Part shown: piece after piece, positions 10,074-19,527 of the stretch | Numbering within the stretch: the stretch's first letter is position 1 | Layout of the letters: each line of letters starts with the position of its first letter | Assembly (NCBI GenBank): GCA_965223295.1 | Contig: CBDCWC010000003.1 | Span: 576,001-640,000 of the forward strand | Source: Nitrospirales bacterium | GTDB lineage: Bacteria > Nitrospirota > Nitrospiria > Nitrospirales > UBA8639 | Reading direction: 5' to 3' | DNA length: 64,000 bases | Notes under the pieces: generated by a model | Database searches by the model: none | What the model was told of the DNA's origin: nothing | The model's input: the letters and a program-made list of their open reading frames with translations, nothing else | Translations under genes and position numbers: made by a program

Positions 10074-10757
10074 ATGGCTATGCCATTTTATGTCTCCCCC
10101 GAACAAATGATGCAGGACCGGGCGGAGTATGCCAAAAAAGGCATCGCAAAAGGTCGTTCGATCGTTGCCATGGAATATGATCAAGGTGTGCTGTTTGTCG
10201 CGGACAACCCTAGCGCATCGCTCTTTAAAATTTCCGAGATCTATGACAGCATTGCCTTTTCAGGGGCTGGGCGATACAGCGAATTTGAAAATTTGCGAAA
10301 GGCAGGCATTCAACATGCCGACATGAAGGGCATGATGTATAGCCGGGAAGACGTGACCGCCCGATCTTTAGCCAATGGCTATTCACAAATGTTGGGGACG
10401 ATCTTCAGCCAGGAAATGAAACCGTACGAAGTCGAACTGCTTCTAGCGCAAGTTGGCGAGAAGCCAGAGGAGAACGAACTCTATCGCATCACATTTGATG
10501 GTAGCATTATTGACGAACGCAACTTCACCGCCATCGGCGGACGCTCAGAAGCCATCTTGACTGTTTTGCGTAAAACAATCTCAGAAACACCTCCTTCTCT
10601 CACTACGGCTCTACAGTTATGCCAACATGCCTTTGAAGAGGGTGCTGATCATAAAACTGGGCTGGAAGGCCTCGAAGTGGCCCTATTGGATAGGTCACGC
10701 GCAGGCCGAAAATTCCGTCGAATTGAAACCTCCGAAGCCTCGGCTCTTCTTGCCTAA
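10074..10757 (+). CDS. prcA: 20S proteasome alpha subunit
   Basis: MPFYVSPEQMMQDRAEYAKKGIAKGRS, KISEIYD, YSREDVTAR. Confidence 0.96.
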   Translation: MAMPFYVSPEQMMQDRAEYAKKGIAKGRSIVAMEYDQGVLFVADNPSASLFKISEIYDSIAFSGAGRYSEFENLRKAGIQHADMKGMMYSREDVTARSLANGYSQMLGTIFSQEMKPYEVELLLAQVGEKPEENELYRITFDGSIIDERNFTAIGGRSEAILTVLRKTISETPPSLTTALQLCQHAFEEGADHKTGLEGLEVALLDRSRAGRKFRRIETSEASALLA

Positions 10758-10815
10758 TCACTTTCTGGCTTTCAGATCATCAGGGATAAAGGCTTGCCCT
10801 CGGACAGTTTCCATC

Positions 10816-11058
10816 ATGCCACCTCCTAAGAAGCAATCATCCTTTTATGAAGTCTCCATTTCAACTAGACCACCACACCACGAGCCCCGACCCACCTCGA
10901 CGCGTTCATGCAAACAGGGGCTGTTGAAAGGCGAAGCCGAGGACAGCAACAACGGGTTGCAAGTCACCCTACACCTCGAAGACGTCGAAACGCTCGTCTG
11001 CGTGAATCGTGACCTCGAAGAAATTCAAGTGTTCGAGTTTATACAAGTTCCCGCATAA
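10816..11058 (+). CDS. Possible small hypothetical protein or gene fragment
   Basis: C-terminal half (LQVTLHLEDVETLVCVNRDLEEIQVFEFIQVPA) looks protein-like; contains a ggggctgttgaa repeat scar at about 10917. Confidence 0.25.
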   Translation: MPPPKKQSSFYEVSISTRPPHHEPRPTSTRSCKQGLLKGEAEDSNNGLQVTLHLEDVETLVCVNRDLEEIQVFEFIQVPA

Positions 11059-11066
11059 GAAATCAG

Positions 11067-11194
11067 CATGGGTCTGTTGAAAAAATCCCGCCCAGTAAGG
11101 CCACAGCCATTTTTTCGCGCGCAGCGTACTGGTCCTACGTGAGCACGGAAAAATGGCCAGAACGCCGCTGATGGCTTTTTTGAACAGACCCATG
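11067..11194. repeat. MITE-like element, subtype 1
   Basis: TIR catgggtctgttgaaaaaa/ttttttgaacagacccatg; core shared with 7575 and 40936. Confidence 0.85.
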
Positions 11195-11569
11195 TTCTTT
11201 CAAACGCATTCCGTTTTTTCCGTCGCCTGTCCCTCGCCTATTAATAATGAATGTGTGTGTTTCTCTTCATTCCTGCCCTTAAGGCGTATGTTTTTCCCTT
11301 CACGTTCACCCACCTAGACTGCTTGCCTCTTTTAGCCTACACCTTTGTCTCTGTTGAATCTATTAAAAAATTCAGTCTACCTAATGTAAGGAACATACAT
11401 TGCACGGGTTTTGTCCAACGTTTGTTGAAAAATGGCTTTAACGAAAAGGGTGCTGAAGAAACGAGCATTCCACTGTTTTCACATCAACCAAATTCCTAAT
11501 CACAGGCGACTTATTCCCTGACAGGCTCCACCTAACACGTTAACCCTCTACTCGTGAAGGAGGATCAGG

Positions 11570-12277
11570 ATGACCCTCATGTCAATTTTCTCCAGATTGA
11601 AAAATGGCCATTCACTCAAAAACCCTCGATACTCAATCCATGAACAGCTGTCGCTCGCTCGCCCGCGAGCGCTGAAGTATGATGACCCCGACAACCAAGC
11701 GTTTGACGTTCACGTCAGTTGCGTGGCTTCGAGCAAACAACCTGTTGTGTTGTGGAAGCACGGAGAGACAGATGTGACTGACATAGCTGGTATGATCCAT
11801 AGACACAGCCCCTTTGCCGCGCAACAGATTGCGACGGTGTCTTGCCGGACAAACCCTTTTGAAACTTGGGCACAGGCACTGGCAGACCTCATCGACCCCG
11901 ACCAGCCAGCAAAAGATATCGGACAATCTGAAAACGGAGCCGCTGTTCGTCCTGGCGGAACATTGTTTCTCAACGATCTCGAATTCCTACCCCATGAACT
12001 ACAAACTCTTCTGCACGCACTACTCAACGAAGAAAGGATTATTCGATTCCCTGGCGCACACACTCCAGAGGCAGAAATCAGAGTTATCACTTCGTCGACG
12101 ATGGACATTTGGAGGAAATGTCAAGACGGACTATTTCATGCCAATCTCTTCTTCCAACTGAATCGATTAACGGTCCACTGCGGATCTTCTTCGCGGCATT
12201 CAGCTCACGCCCATCCGGAAATACGGCCCGTGTTCGAGCAGCCGGAATTAGCTTACGCCACGAGCCCTACGGATTAG
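11570..12277 (+). CDS. Degenerate sigma-54-interaction (bEBP AAA+) domain protein
   Basis: GGTLFLNDLEFLPHELQTLL, IRVITSS and GLFHANLFFQLN match the bEBP core. Walker A is degraded, GAFTGA and HTH are absent. Strong AGGAGG RBS. Confidence 0.75.
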   Translation: MTLMSIFSRLKNGHSLKNPRYSIHEQLSLARPRALKYDDPDNQAFDVHVSCVASSKQPVVLWKHGETDVTDIAGMIHRHSPFAAQQIATVSCRTNPFETWAQALADLIDPDQPAKDIGQSENGAAVRPGGTLFLNDLEFLPHELQTLLHALLNEERIIRFPGAHTPEAEIRVITSSTMDIWRKCQDGLFHANLFFQLNRLTVHCGSSSRHSAHAHPEIRPVFEQPELAYATSPTD

Positions 12278-12312
12278 ATCTTCACATCTTACGCTCACAG
12301 TCGTACTTTACT

Positions 12313-12413
12313 GGGTCTGTTGATAAGAAGCCGTCGCCTACTCTGCCAGATTTCAATGGGCTACGAAGGTTGACGGCGGCTTCGCGCAGGCGAGTGGACT
12401 TTTTTGAACCGAC
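12313..12413. repeat. MITE-like element, subtype 2 (degenerate)
   Basis: gggtctgttga...gcctac...ggctacgaagg...gcggcttcgc...ggacttttttgaacc, similar to 40176 and 62022. Confidence 0.7.
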
Positions 12414-12704
12414 GCCAGAAGGAAACCAACTCGATCGCATCACATTTGATGGCCGTATTATCGACGAACGCAACTTCACCACCATAGGCGGATACTCTGA
12501 AGCCATCTTGACCGGACTTCGCAAAACTATCTCAGAAACTCCTCCTTTCCTCACGGCTCTATAGTTATGCTAGCAAGCCTTTGCGGATGATGCCGATCAT
12601 AAAACTGGACTGGAAGGGTTAGAAGTCGACCAGTGGATCGGTCACGAGCAGGCCACAAATTCCCTAGAGTATCGACGTCTGAAGCCTCAAGTCCCCTGGG
12701 CTAG
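12414..12704 (+). pseudogene. prcA: Decayed duplicate of the prcA 3' end
   Basis: Aligns to 10463-10757 (RITFDGRIIDERNFTTIGGYSEAILTGLRKTISETPP), followed by in-frame TAG codons and indels. Confidence 0.9.
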
Positions 12705-12834
12705 CTACGCAGCTTCTCTTCTCCGACAGGCGATACCTTCTCAGGTTGAACATTCATAAACAGAGGTGTATTCTGGATTAGGCGCTTATACTCTACACAC
12801 GAAATTCTTCAACAACGCTCTCAATAGGGCAGCC

Positions 12835-14211
12835 ATGATTAAGCGAATTGTCGGCCTCGAATGCGAATATGGGCTCACATTTTCACCAACCGGACGTGTC
12901 TATCTCCCTATTGAAAAAATTCTCGGCTACATCTTCGAGGGGCTTATCCCCAATAGCTGGCCCTCTAATGCTTTTCTCACAAATGGCGCTCGATTCTATC
13001 AGGATACCGGGTGTCATCCCGAATATTCGACACCGGAATGCGATGACCTCATTGAGTTAGTCGTTCATGACAAGGCCGGAGAACGAATATTAGAAAATTG
13101 TCTCCCGATTGCGGAAGAACGGTTACGGGAAGAAGGACTCTCCGGAGATATTTTTATTTTCAAAAATAATACCGATTCGCTGGGCAACACCTACGGCTCA
13201 CATGAAAACTTTCTCATGCGGCGAGATGTCGATTTTTGGAAAGTGAGCGAGCAACTCATCCCGTTTTTTGTCACTCGCCAAATATATTCGGGCGCAGGAA
13301 AAATTCTTCGAGTATCCGGCAGATCTCAATTTTTTATTTCTCAACGGGCACAACATATTCATGAAAAGACTTCTTCCTCTACCACATCTTCCCGAAGTAT
13401 TATCAATACCCGAGATGAACCTCATTCTGATGCGGAGAAATACCGCCGCCTGCACATCATTCTTGGAGATTCCAACATGTCGGAATTCTCCACCTATTTA
13501 AAAGTGGGCACGGCCATGATCGTCCTCTCCATGATTGAGGATGGCTATACCATTCCCGACATCGAACTGGAAGAGCCGGTCAAAGCCATCCGCGATATTT
13601 CTCGCGACCCCACATTAAAGAAAACGGTCAAACTCGAAGACGGACGGGTCTTAACAGCCCTGGAAATTCAGCAAATATTTTGGGAGCGGGCAGGCGAATA
13701 TTTACAGACTCAACCTCCCAATAAAATATTGACCGAGGTTCATGAAGAATGGGGACGAGTCTTACGGCTTCTTGAGCATTCGCCCATGCAATTGGTCAGA
13801 GAAATCGATTGGATTACAAAAAAATGGATGTTAGAAAATTACATGGCCAACAAATCTTGTGGATGGGATGACCCACGACTCAGTATGATGGACCTTCAGT
13901 ATCATGACATCAATCGACAACGGGGACTCTTTTATGTCTTAGCCGAACGACATGGAATCAAAAAACTCGTGAATGAAGAAGCTATTGAACAGGCCAAAAC
14001 ACATCCTCCACAAACCACGCGCGCAAAAGTCCGAGGAGATTTCATCCGATTTGCCCGAGCTAAGAATCGGTCGTATACTGTTGATTGGACGTATCTCAAA
14101 TTGAATGGTTATTGGGAAGAAACGATTCTCTGTATGGATCCCTTCTGCCCCTTCAATCCCCGCGTAGATGAATTACTGAGCCAAGTACCGCACAGTCGAC
14201 TTTATCCATGA
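12835..14211 (+). CDS. pafA: Pup-protein ligase PafA
   Basis: KRIVGLECEYG, FLTNGARFYQD, HPEYSTPEC, SSSTTSSRSIINTRDEPH, PPQTTRAKVRG, VDWTYLKL. Confidence 0.95.
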   Translation: MIKRIVGLECEYGLTFSPTGRVYLPIEKILGYIFEGLIPNSWPSNAFLTNGARFYQDTGCHPEYSTPECDDLIELVVHDKAGERILENCLPIAEERLREEGLSGDIFIFKNNTDSLGNTYGSHENFLMRRDVDFWKVSEQLIPFFVTRQIYSGAGKILRVSGRSQFFISQRAQHIHEKTSSSTTSSRSIINTRDEPHSDAEKYRRLHIILGDSNMSEFSTYLKVGTAMIVLSMIEDGYTIPDIELEEPVKAIRDISRDPTLKKTVKLEDGRVLTALEIQQIFWERAGEYLQTQPPNKILTEVHEEWGRVLRLLEHSPMQLVREIDWITKKWMLENYMANKSCGWDDPRLSMMDLQYHDINRQRGLFYVLAERHGIKKLVNEEAIEQAKTHPPQTTRAKVRGDFIRFARAKNRSYTVDWTYLKLNGYWEETILCMDPFCPFNPRVDELLSQVPHSRLYP

Positions 14212-15125
14212 TCACCCTCGCTATTTCTTCAACCATCGTACGAGGGTTGTCCAGCTTATGCCTGGGCATATTTTGTTTCATCCTCTTCAGCTTCACGCCT
14301 ATTCCGTTTTCCCATGCAGAAGAACGGCATCATTCAGAAGCCAAAAGACAATTCACTGGAAAGCAAGGAGAAATCCTATGGATTGAGATCCCGGTCAACA
14401 ATTCAACAGCAACAGTCCGAGGTCAACTCTTTAAGCGCATAATCCCGTTCTTCCCGCATACCGATACCAGCTTTGCGGGCATCGTGGGACTGGATATGCA
14501 AGACCCCCCAGGCATGTATACATTAGAAGTGACGATCCATGACTCGAAGCAGACAACACAGCTAAATTATTCCATTACCATTCACAAAGAAGACTATAGG
14601 GTTCAACACCTCAAATTGCCAAAGAATAAAGTAGACCTCGATTCAAAGACTTTGAAACGAGTCCAACTCGAACAAAAAGAAATGTCGGAAGCCTTTCGCC
14701 ACATCAGCTCAGAACCTTTATGGAATGAAACCTTCCTAGAACCCGTCAAAGGTAGGATAAGCGGCCGCTTCGGCAGTCGCCGCGTCATCAATGGGCAACA
14801 CAAACGCCCGCATTCAGGTGAAGATATTGCCGCTCCAACAGGCACACCAGTCAATGCCATCAACCGGGGTAAGGTCGTCGCTACCGTCGATCACTTCTTC
14901 TCCGGCAAAGGCGTGGTCATTGATCATGGAGTTGGATTGTTTTCCATGTATTTTCATTTGTCAGAAATTGACGTTCAACCAGGCCAAATTCTTAGCAAAG
15001 GAGACGCATTAGGAAAAGTCGGCGCCACAGGAAGAGCGACCGGCCCGCATCTGCACTGGGGAATTCGCCTCAACGGGGCCCGTGTGAATCCTTATGCTCT
15101 CACGACACTTCCTATCAGGAAGTAG
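14208..15125 (+). CDS. Exported M23 family metallopeptidase
   Basis: Signal peptide; HSGED (HxxxD) and TGPHLHW motifs; ATGA overlap with pafA. Confidence 0.9.
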   Translation: MITLAISSTIVRGLSSLCLGIFCFILFSFTPIPFSHAEERHHSEAKRQFTGKQGEILWIEIPVNNSTATVRGQLFKRIIPFFPHTDTSFAGIVGLDMQDPPGMYTLEVTIHDSKQTTQLNYSITIHKEDYRVQHLKLPKNKVDLDSKTLKRVQLEQKEMSEAFRHISSEPLWNETFLEPVKGRISGRFGSRRVINGQHKRPHSGEDIAAPTGTPVNAINRGKVVATVDHFFSGKGVVIDHGVGLFSMYFHLSEIDVQPGQILSKGDALGKVGATGRATGPHLHWGIRLNGARVNPYALTTLPIRK

Positions 15126-15166
15126 GCAAGACTTTCATTCTTCCGTTTCTTACTCCTCGCTTTACC

Positions 15167-15730
15167 ATGGATTATCTCTGCGTTTTTTGCGGATCAAGCC
15201 AAGGCATCAACCAGGACTATGCATCCACCGCCCGACAATTGGGTCGGATTCTCGTTCAGGAAGGCTTTGGGCTCGTATATGGAGGCGGAAACATCGGACT
15301 GATGGGAATTTTGGCCTCAACCGTTCTGGAGTCAGGCGGACAGGCTATCGGCGTTATTCCAAAACAATTAGCCGACCAAGAATTACTACATACCCAACTC
15401 ACAACGTCACATATTGTTGACACCATGCATGAACGCAAAGCACTCATGGCCAAGTTGTCTGCAGGATTTGTGACGCTCCCAGGCGGATTTGGGACGTTAG
15501 AAGAATGTTGCGAGATGCTCACCTGGGCACAGCTCAAGATTCATGATAAACCGTGCGGGATCCTGAATTGTTTTGGGTTTTTTGACGGGCTTTTAGCCTT
15601 TCTAGACCATCAAGTCACACAAGGATTCGTCACCCCCAAGAACCGGGCGCTCGTGCTAAAAGGCCATGACCCAGCATCACTCATCGATTTGATGAAGCCT
15701 CACCTCAACAGAGGCGTACCACCTCATTAA
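15167..15730 (+). CDS. LOG family nucleoside-monophosphate phosphoribohydrolase
   Basis: CVFCGSS, VYGGGNIGLMG, MHERKALM, PGGFGTLEE. Confidence 0.93.
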   Translation: MDYLCVFCGSSQGINQDYASTARQLGRILVQEGFGLVYGGGNIGLMGILASTVLESGGQAIGVIPKQLADQELLHTQLTTSHIVDTMHERKALMAKLSAGFVTLPGGFGTLEECCEMLTWAQLKIHDKPCGILNCFGFFDGLLAFLDHQVTQGFVTPKNRALVLKGHDPASLIDLMKPHLNRGVPPH

Positions 15731-15737
15731 AACAGAT

Positions 15738-16526
15738 TCAATACGCCGCAGGACGCGAAAGGGGGCGACTGGTCATCAATTCCATCGCACGAAGGTTATC
15801 AAACGAAAACGCGCCACCTCCCATCACGACTAATCCGACTTTTCCTTGTTTGAATGACTGATCATAGACATCAATCAGCAAATGATGATCAAAAAATATC
15901 TCTGTAAATTCTTTGCTAATAATGGTGTTCCGTTGAATACGAAGAAAATGCCATTCGGATGATTCGGGAATCACTTCCTCACGGGCAAGTTCCTCGGGCT
16001 GCCCATCTTTCACCACATAGGCAATAATTTCGTTGGCTTTCGGCTCAACCACGACCGCATAAAAATTTTTCGCATCCTGTATCCCATAGGCTAAACCTGC
16101 TTTACTTGAAGGCGTACCCGATCGCATTTTCATCCTGACCGAAAGATCCACATACTCAACTGTCACGTCTTCAGCCAGTAATAACTGATAGCACTCGCCT
16201 TCGCGACATGACAGTTCTTGCTCAACCAGATTCGGCTGACTAGGTGCCGTCTGATCTTTAGCCACTGCCCAGCCTCCATTGTCAGTCTTCCCTCCAACTT
16301 CTTGAGAAAACCCTTCTGGCAAATTGGCCAAAGTAGAGGTATCAAACTTCCATTCTTGGAACAAAGGCGGTGTTGTTTTATGAAAGGGTTTAGGCAACTC
16401 TTGAGGTTGATCGCTGGCAAGGGTCCCGAATGGAGAACAAAAAAAACATACGCCAACGATCAGACTGATCAATGCCCCTTTAGCAAAAAGATTATTTGCA
16501 ATGAACTCTTCATTATTTTGAAGCAT
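15738..16526 (-). CDS. Exported beta-sandwich (concanavalin/DUF1080-like) protein
   Basis: Signal-like hydrophobic stretch; WHFLRIQR and GKVGL...FDNL C-terminal pattern. Start uncertain. Confidence 0.6.
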   Translation of the reverse strand: MLQNNEEFIANNLFAKGALISLIVGVCFFCSPFGTLASDQPQELPKPFHKTTPPLFQEWKFDTSTLANLPEGFSQEVGGKTDNGGWAVAKDQTAPSQPNLVEQELSCREGECYQLLLAEDVTVEYVDLSVRMKMRSGTPSSKAGLAYGIQDAKNFYAVVVEPKANEIIAYVVKDGQPEELAREEVIPESSEWHFLRIQRNTIISKEFTEIFFDHHLLIDVYDQSFKQGKVGLVVMGGGAFSFDNLRAMELMTSRPLSRPAAY

Positions 16527-16727
16527 ACTATGTTCCCCAACCTCGAAGTTCAGCATACCCACGATCATATTAACTCTCCCCACTATGTTGAAAAATGTAA
16601 ATAACCATGGCTTATTTCTCCACAAGCCCTCAATGATACGAGTTCTCTTGTGACGACGACAACCCCCTTTTTTGGACAACGCCTAACAACGAAGGATTGA
16701 ACGACTTCACCTTTCTTTTAGCCTAAA

Positions 16728-16741
16728 CCTTCGACAAGCTC
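16728..16741. repeat. REP-like CTTCGACAAGCTC motif
   Basis: Same core as the copies at 21246 and 18473. Confidence 0.45.
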
Positions 16742-16797
16742 GAGCGCAAATTTCTCTTAAAATTGCCCTTGTTCGCCCATCTTTGGTAGCGTGATTC

Positions 16798-18405
16798 ATG
16801 AGAATCACCGCTCACCGATATCGTAACGCATGCATTCTCATCATGTGCTTATCTCTCTGTTTCCTCGGAGAAACATGGGGGCAATCGTCAAAACATCAAA
16901 TTCTCTCAGACGCCAGTTCAATCTCGAGCGAAGACGAGGCGCTCAAGGATCTCATACCTCCCGATTCAGTCATTTCTCTGACACTTCGGGATGCGGTCAT
17001 GAAGGCTCTTGAACATAATCTGGATATTCAAGTCAGCCGGCATACTAGAGATACACGCATTACCGATATTGTCTTGGAACAAGCCAAGTTTGATCCCACG
17101 GTTCAGCTTGGAACACGATATGATCGCCAGGTCTCCCCGCTCAACCGGCCTGTCTTCGGGTTTGGAGGCGTCACACTCGGCACTGGACCCGATAATTTTG
17201 ACCAAAACGACACACAGTTCAATTTGGGCTATTCGCAACGTCTCCTCACAGGAGGTTCTTACGATCTCACCTTTGATACCGGACGAAACTCTGTTGCCGG
17301 ACCAACAGGGTTTCTCTTTAACCCTTCCTACTCCAGCAACCTGTCAATCACGCTCACCCAACCTCTCCTGCGAAACTTTGGCTCCACCATCAATCAGACG
17401 TTGATCACCGTCGCTCGCAATGCGGCAGCGGTCGAACAACTGCTGTTAACCCAACAAATCATTTCCGTCATCGCGCAAGTCGAGCAGACCTATTGGGAAC
17501 TGGTCTTTGCCCGAGAAAATCTAAAAGTCGCATTTGCTACATTAAGGGCAGCTGAGGAGCTTCTAGCAAGTAACAGGGAGAAGGTGAAGGCTGGCGTCAT
17601 GGCTGAAGTGGAAGCGTTACAGGCACAGGCAGGCGTCGCAAATCGTATTGAACAAATTTTACTGGCGAAACAATCGGTTGAAGACCAGGAAGATCAATTG
17701 CGGCGATTATTAAGTCAATCAGAATGGAATTTGACCCAAACCACCCCGATCGTTCCACTGGACCAACCCATTCAACATCGATCGCGCGTTCCTCTAGAAG
17801 CGACGGTCAAACAAGCACTCAGAGACCGACCGGAAGTTTTACAAGTAAAAAAAAATCTCAACAGCGCACAGGCTCAGACTCAATTCGCCAACAATCAATT
17901 GTTGCCGGACCTCTCCTTTCAAGGCGGACTAGGTTTAGCAGGGCTGGGAAACGACCCCAATAATAGTTGGGATCGTATGATCAGCACGGATTTCTACAAT
18001 ATGGGTGGTGGGTTAACCTTGAGCTACCCCTTGGGCAATCGTGCGGCTGAAAGTCAGTACCAACGACGCACATTGGAAACGCACCAACAACAAGCTTCAC
18101 TTCTGCGTACCCGCCAACAAGTTATTTTGGATGTCAAAGAAGCCATCCGCCAGGTCGATACAAGCTACAAACGGATCCGCACGAATCAAACCGCGCGTCG
18201 CCTCTCAGAAAAACAACTCAATGCTGAGCAAGAACGCCTGCAGTTAGGACTGAGTACTACGCGAGTCGTCCTAGAATTCCAACGAGACTTGCAAACAGCC
18301 CAAAGCCTGGAACTCCGCGCGATTCTGGACTACAATCAATCCCTCTCCCGCCTCCGCCTTGCTACCGCCTCAACACTTGACTATTACAACATCCAGGTCC
18401 AATAA
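16798..18405 (+). CDS. TolC-family outer membrane efflux protein
   Basis: Signal peptide, ALEHNLDI, LTQPLLRNFG, YWELV, LLPDLS, EQERLQLGLST. Confidence 0.9.
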   Translation: MRITAHRYRNACILIMCLSLCFLGETWGQSSKHQILSDASSISSEDEALKDLIPPDSVISLTLRDAVMKALEHNLDIQVSRHTRDTRITDIVLEQAKFDPTVQLGTRYDRQVSPLNRPVFGFGGVTLGTGPDNFDQNDTQFNLGYSQRLLTGGSYDLTFDTGRNSVAGPTGFLFNPSYSSNLSITLTQPLLRNFGSTINQTLITVARNAAAVEQLLLTQQIISVIAQVEQTYWELVFARENLKVAFATLRAAEELLASNREKVKAGVMAEVEALQAQAGVANRIEQILLAKQSVEDQEDQLRRLLSQSEWNLTQTTPIVPLDQPIQHRSRVPLEATVKQALRDRPEVLQVKKNLNSAQAQTQFANNQLLPDLSFQGGLGLAGLGNDPNNSWDRMISTDFYNMGGGLTLSYPLGNRAAESQYQRRTLETHQQQASLLRTRQQVILDVKEAIRQVDTSYKRIRTNQTARRLSEKQLNAEQERLQLGLSTTRVVLEFQRDLQTAQSLELRAILDYNQSLSRLRLATASTLDYYNIQVQ

Positions 18406-18472
18406 GCTCTCCTATACCTGCTGTCTACACGAAAAACCAGCTGCTCTTGGAATTCTGCAAACATTGTTTGCA

Positions 18473-18498
18473 CCCTTCGACATGGATCAGGACTAGCC
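18473..18498. repeat. REP-like CCCTTCGAC...CAG repeat at the left edge of the island
   Basis: cccttcgacatggatcaggactagcc resembles 21252 cccttcgacaagctcagagcaggcc. Confidence 0.45.
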
Positions 18499-18682
18499 TA
18501 ACGAGTTACTCTAGGCTTCATCTAACGTCTGCCTTATTCGAGCGATAAGACAAGGTATCAATGGTTGTGGGTTTTCTGGCCGACAATGGACCTGGTCCTC
18601 TGTGAGGAAACCACGCATATAAGATGAATCACTATTGTCTGTCTTGAGAAAACTTACGAATAATGGATCTAGAAGCTAGTCA

Positions 18683-19510
18683 CTAGGCCCGCACCACTTC
18701 TTCCAATTCTGGTAGTTCACGCTGAGGAATGAGACGATTGAGGTTATTGGGTCCATGGCCAGTTTGAGAAAGTTGAAACAGTGCATCACTTTCAGGCTCG
18801 ACCGTCCCAAAGAGCCAATCATAGAGAGGCATAAATAAGGAGTAATTGGCTTCCCAGCGAGAATGATGCAAGCTATGAAAACTTGGCGTATAGACTAACC
18901 ATTTCAAGGGGGAACGTCCGTACCACTTAGGAAAAAACTCAACATTGCAATGACCAATGCTATTCAAGAAGTCAAAAACCAGGAAATAGACAAAGAACCC
19001 GAGAGGCGTCAGATGGCCCATCCACCCGACAATCAAGACCGTCAGTGCAAAAAGCACGAGGTAGCTCAAGCGTTCAAAGAGTGTAAAGGTATACCCCGAA
19101 GGCGGACTGGGAACCGTGGCTTTATGATGCTTGATATGATGCTTACGGAGCGTAGGATTTCGATGCAGAAGGATATGATAGCCATAATAGATTGGCTCCG
19201 TCACAAACATATGCGTCAACGTCAGTGCCATGAAACCAATGGCCGTCTGATTAAAGGTTGGCAGGCTTTCCCATTCAATGAAGAGGAGCACACCCCAATA
19301 CGTCAATAGTGCAAATCCTGCCGCATCCACAAAAAACGGCACGGCCCAAAATTTTTCCCGTTCGAATTGTTCTGCAGGAATAGGTATCTGGTAAATGCGT
19401 TGGCGTTCCGCAGACGCTGAACGAGAAATCCAAGAAATCAGACAGACCAACCCGACACGAAGCAAGGCCCAACTCAGAAAAAACATCCCAAAATACCAAT
19501 TGATTTCCAT
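18683..19510 (-). CDS. Membrane di-iron fatty acid hydroxylase/sterol desaturase superfamily protein, CER1/CER3-like
   Basis: His boxes HILLH, HIKHH, HSLHH; GHCNVE, YTPSFHSLHH and NYSLFMPLYDWLFGT motifs; several TM helices. Confidence 0.88.
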   Translation of the reverse strand: MEINWYFGMFFLSWALLRVGLVCLISWISRSASAERQRIYQIPIPAEQFEREKFWAVPFFVDAAGFALLTYWGVLLFIEWESLPTFNQTAIGFMALTLTHMFVTEPIYYGYHILLHRNPTLRKHHIKHHKATVPSPPSGYTFTLFERLSYLVLFALTVLIVGWMGHLTPLGFFVYFLVFDFLNSIGHCNVEFFPKWYGRSPLKWLVYTPSFHSLHHSRWEANYSLFMPLYDWLFGTVEPESDALFQLSQTGHGPNNLNRLIPQRELPELEEVVRA

Positions 19511-19527
19511 GTGAAAATTCCTCTCAT

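Noticed and set aside
12109-12564. 151-aa ORF as a real prcA fusion gene
   Set aside because: It is a read-through of an out-of-frame gene end, a MITE and the prcA pseudocopy.
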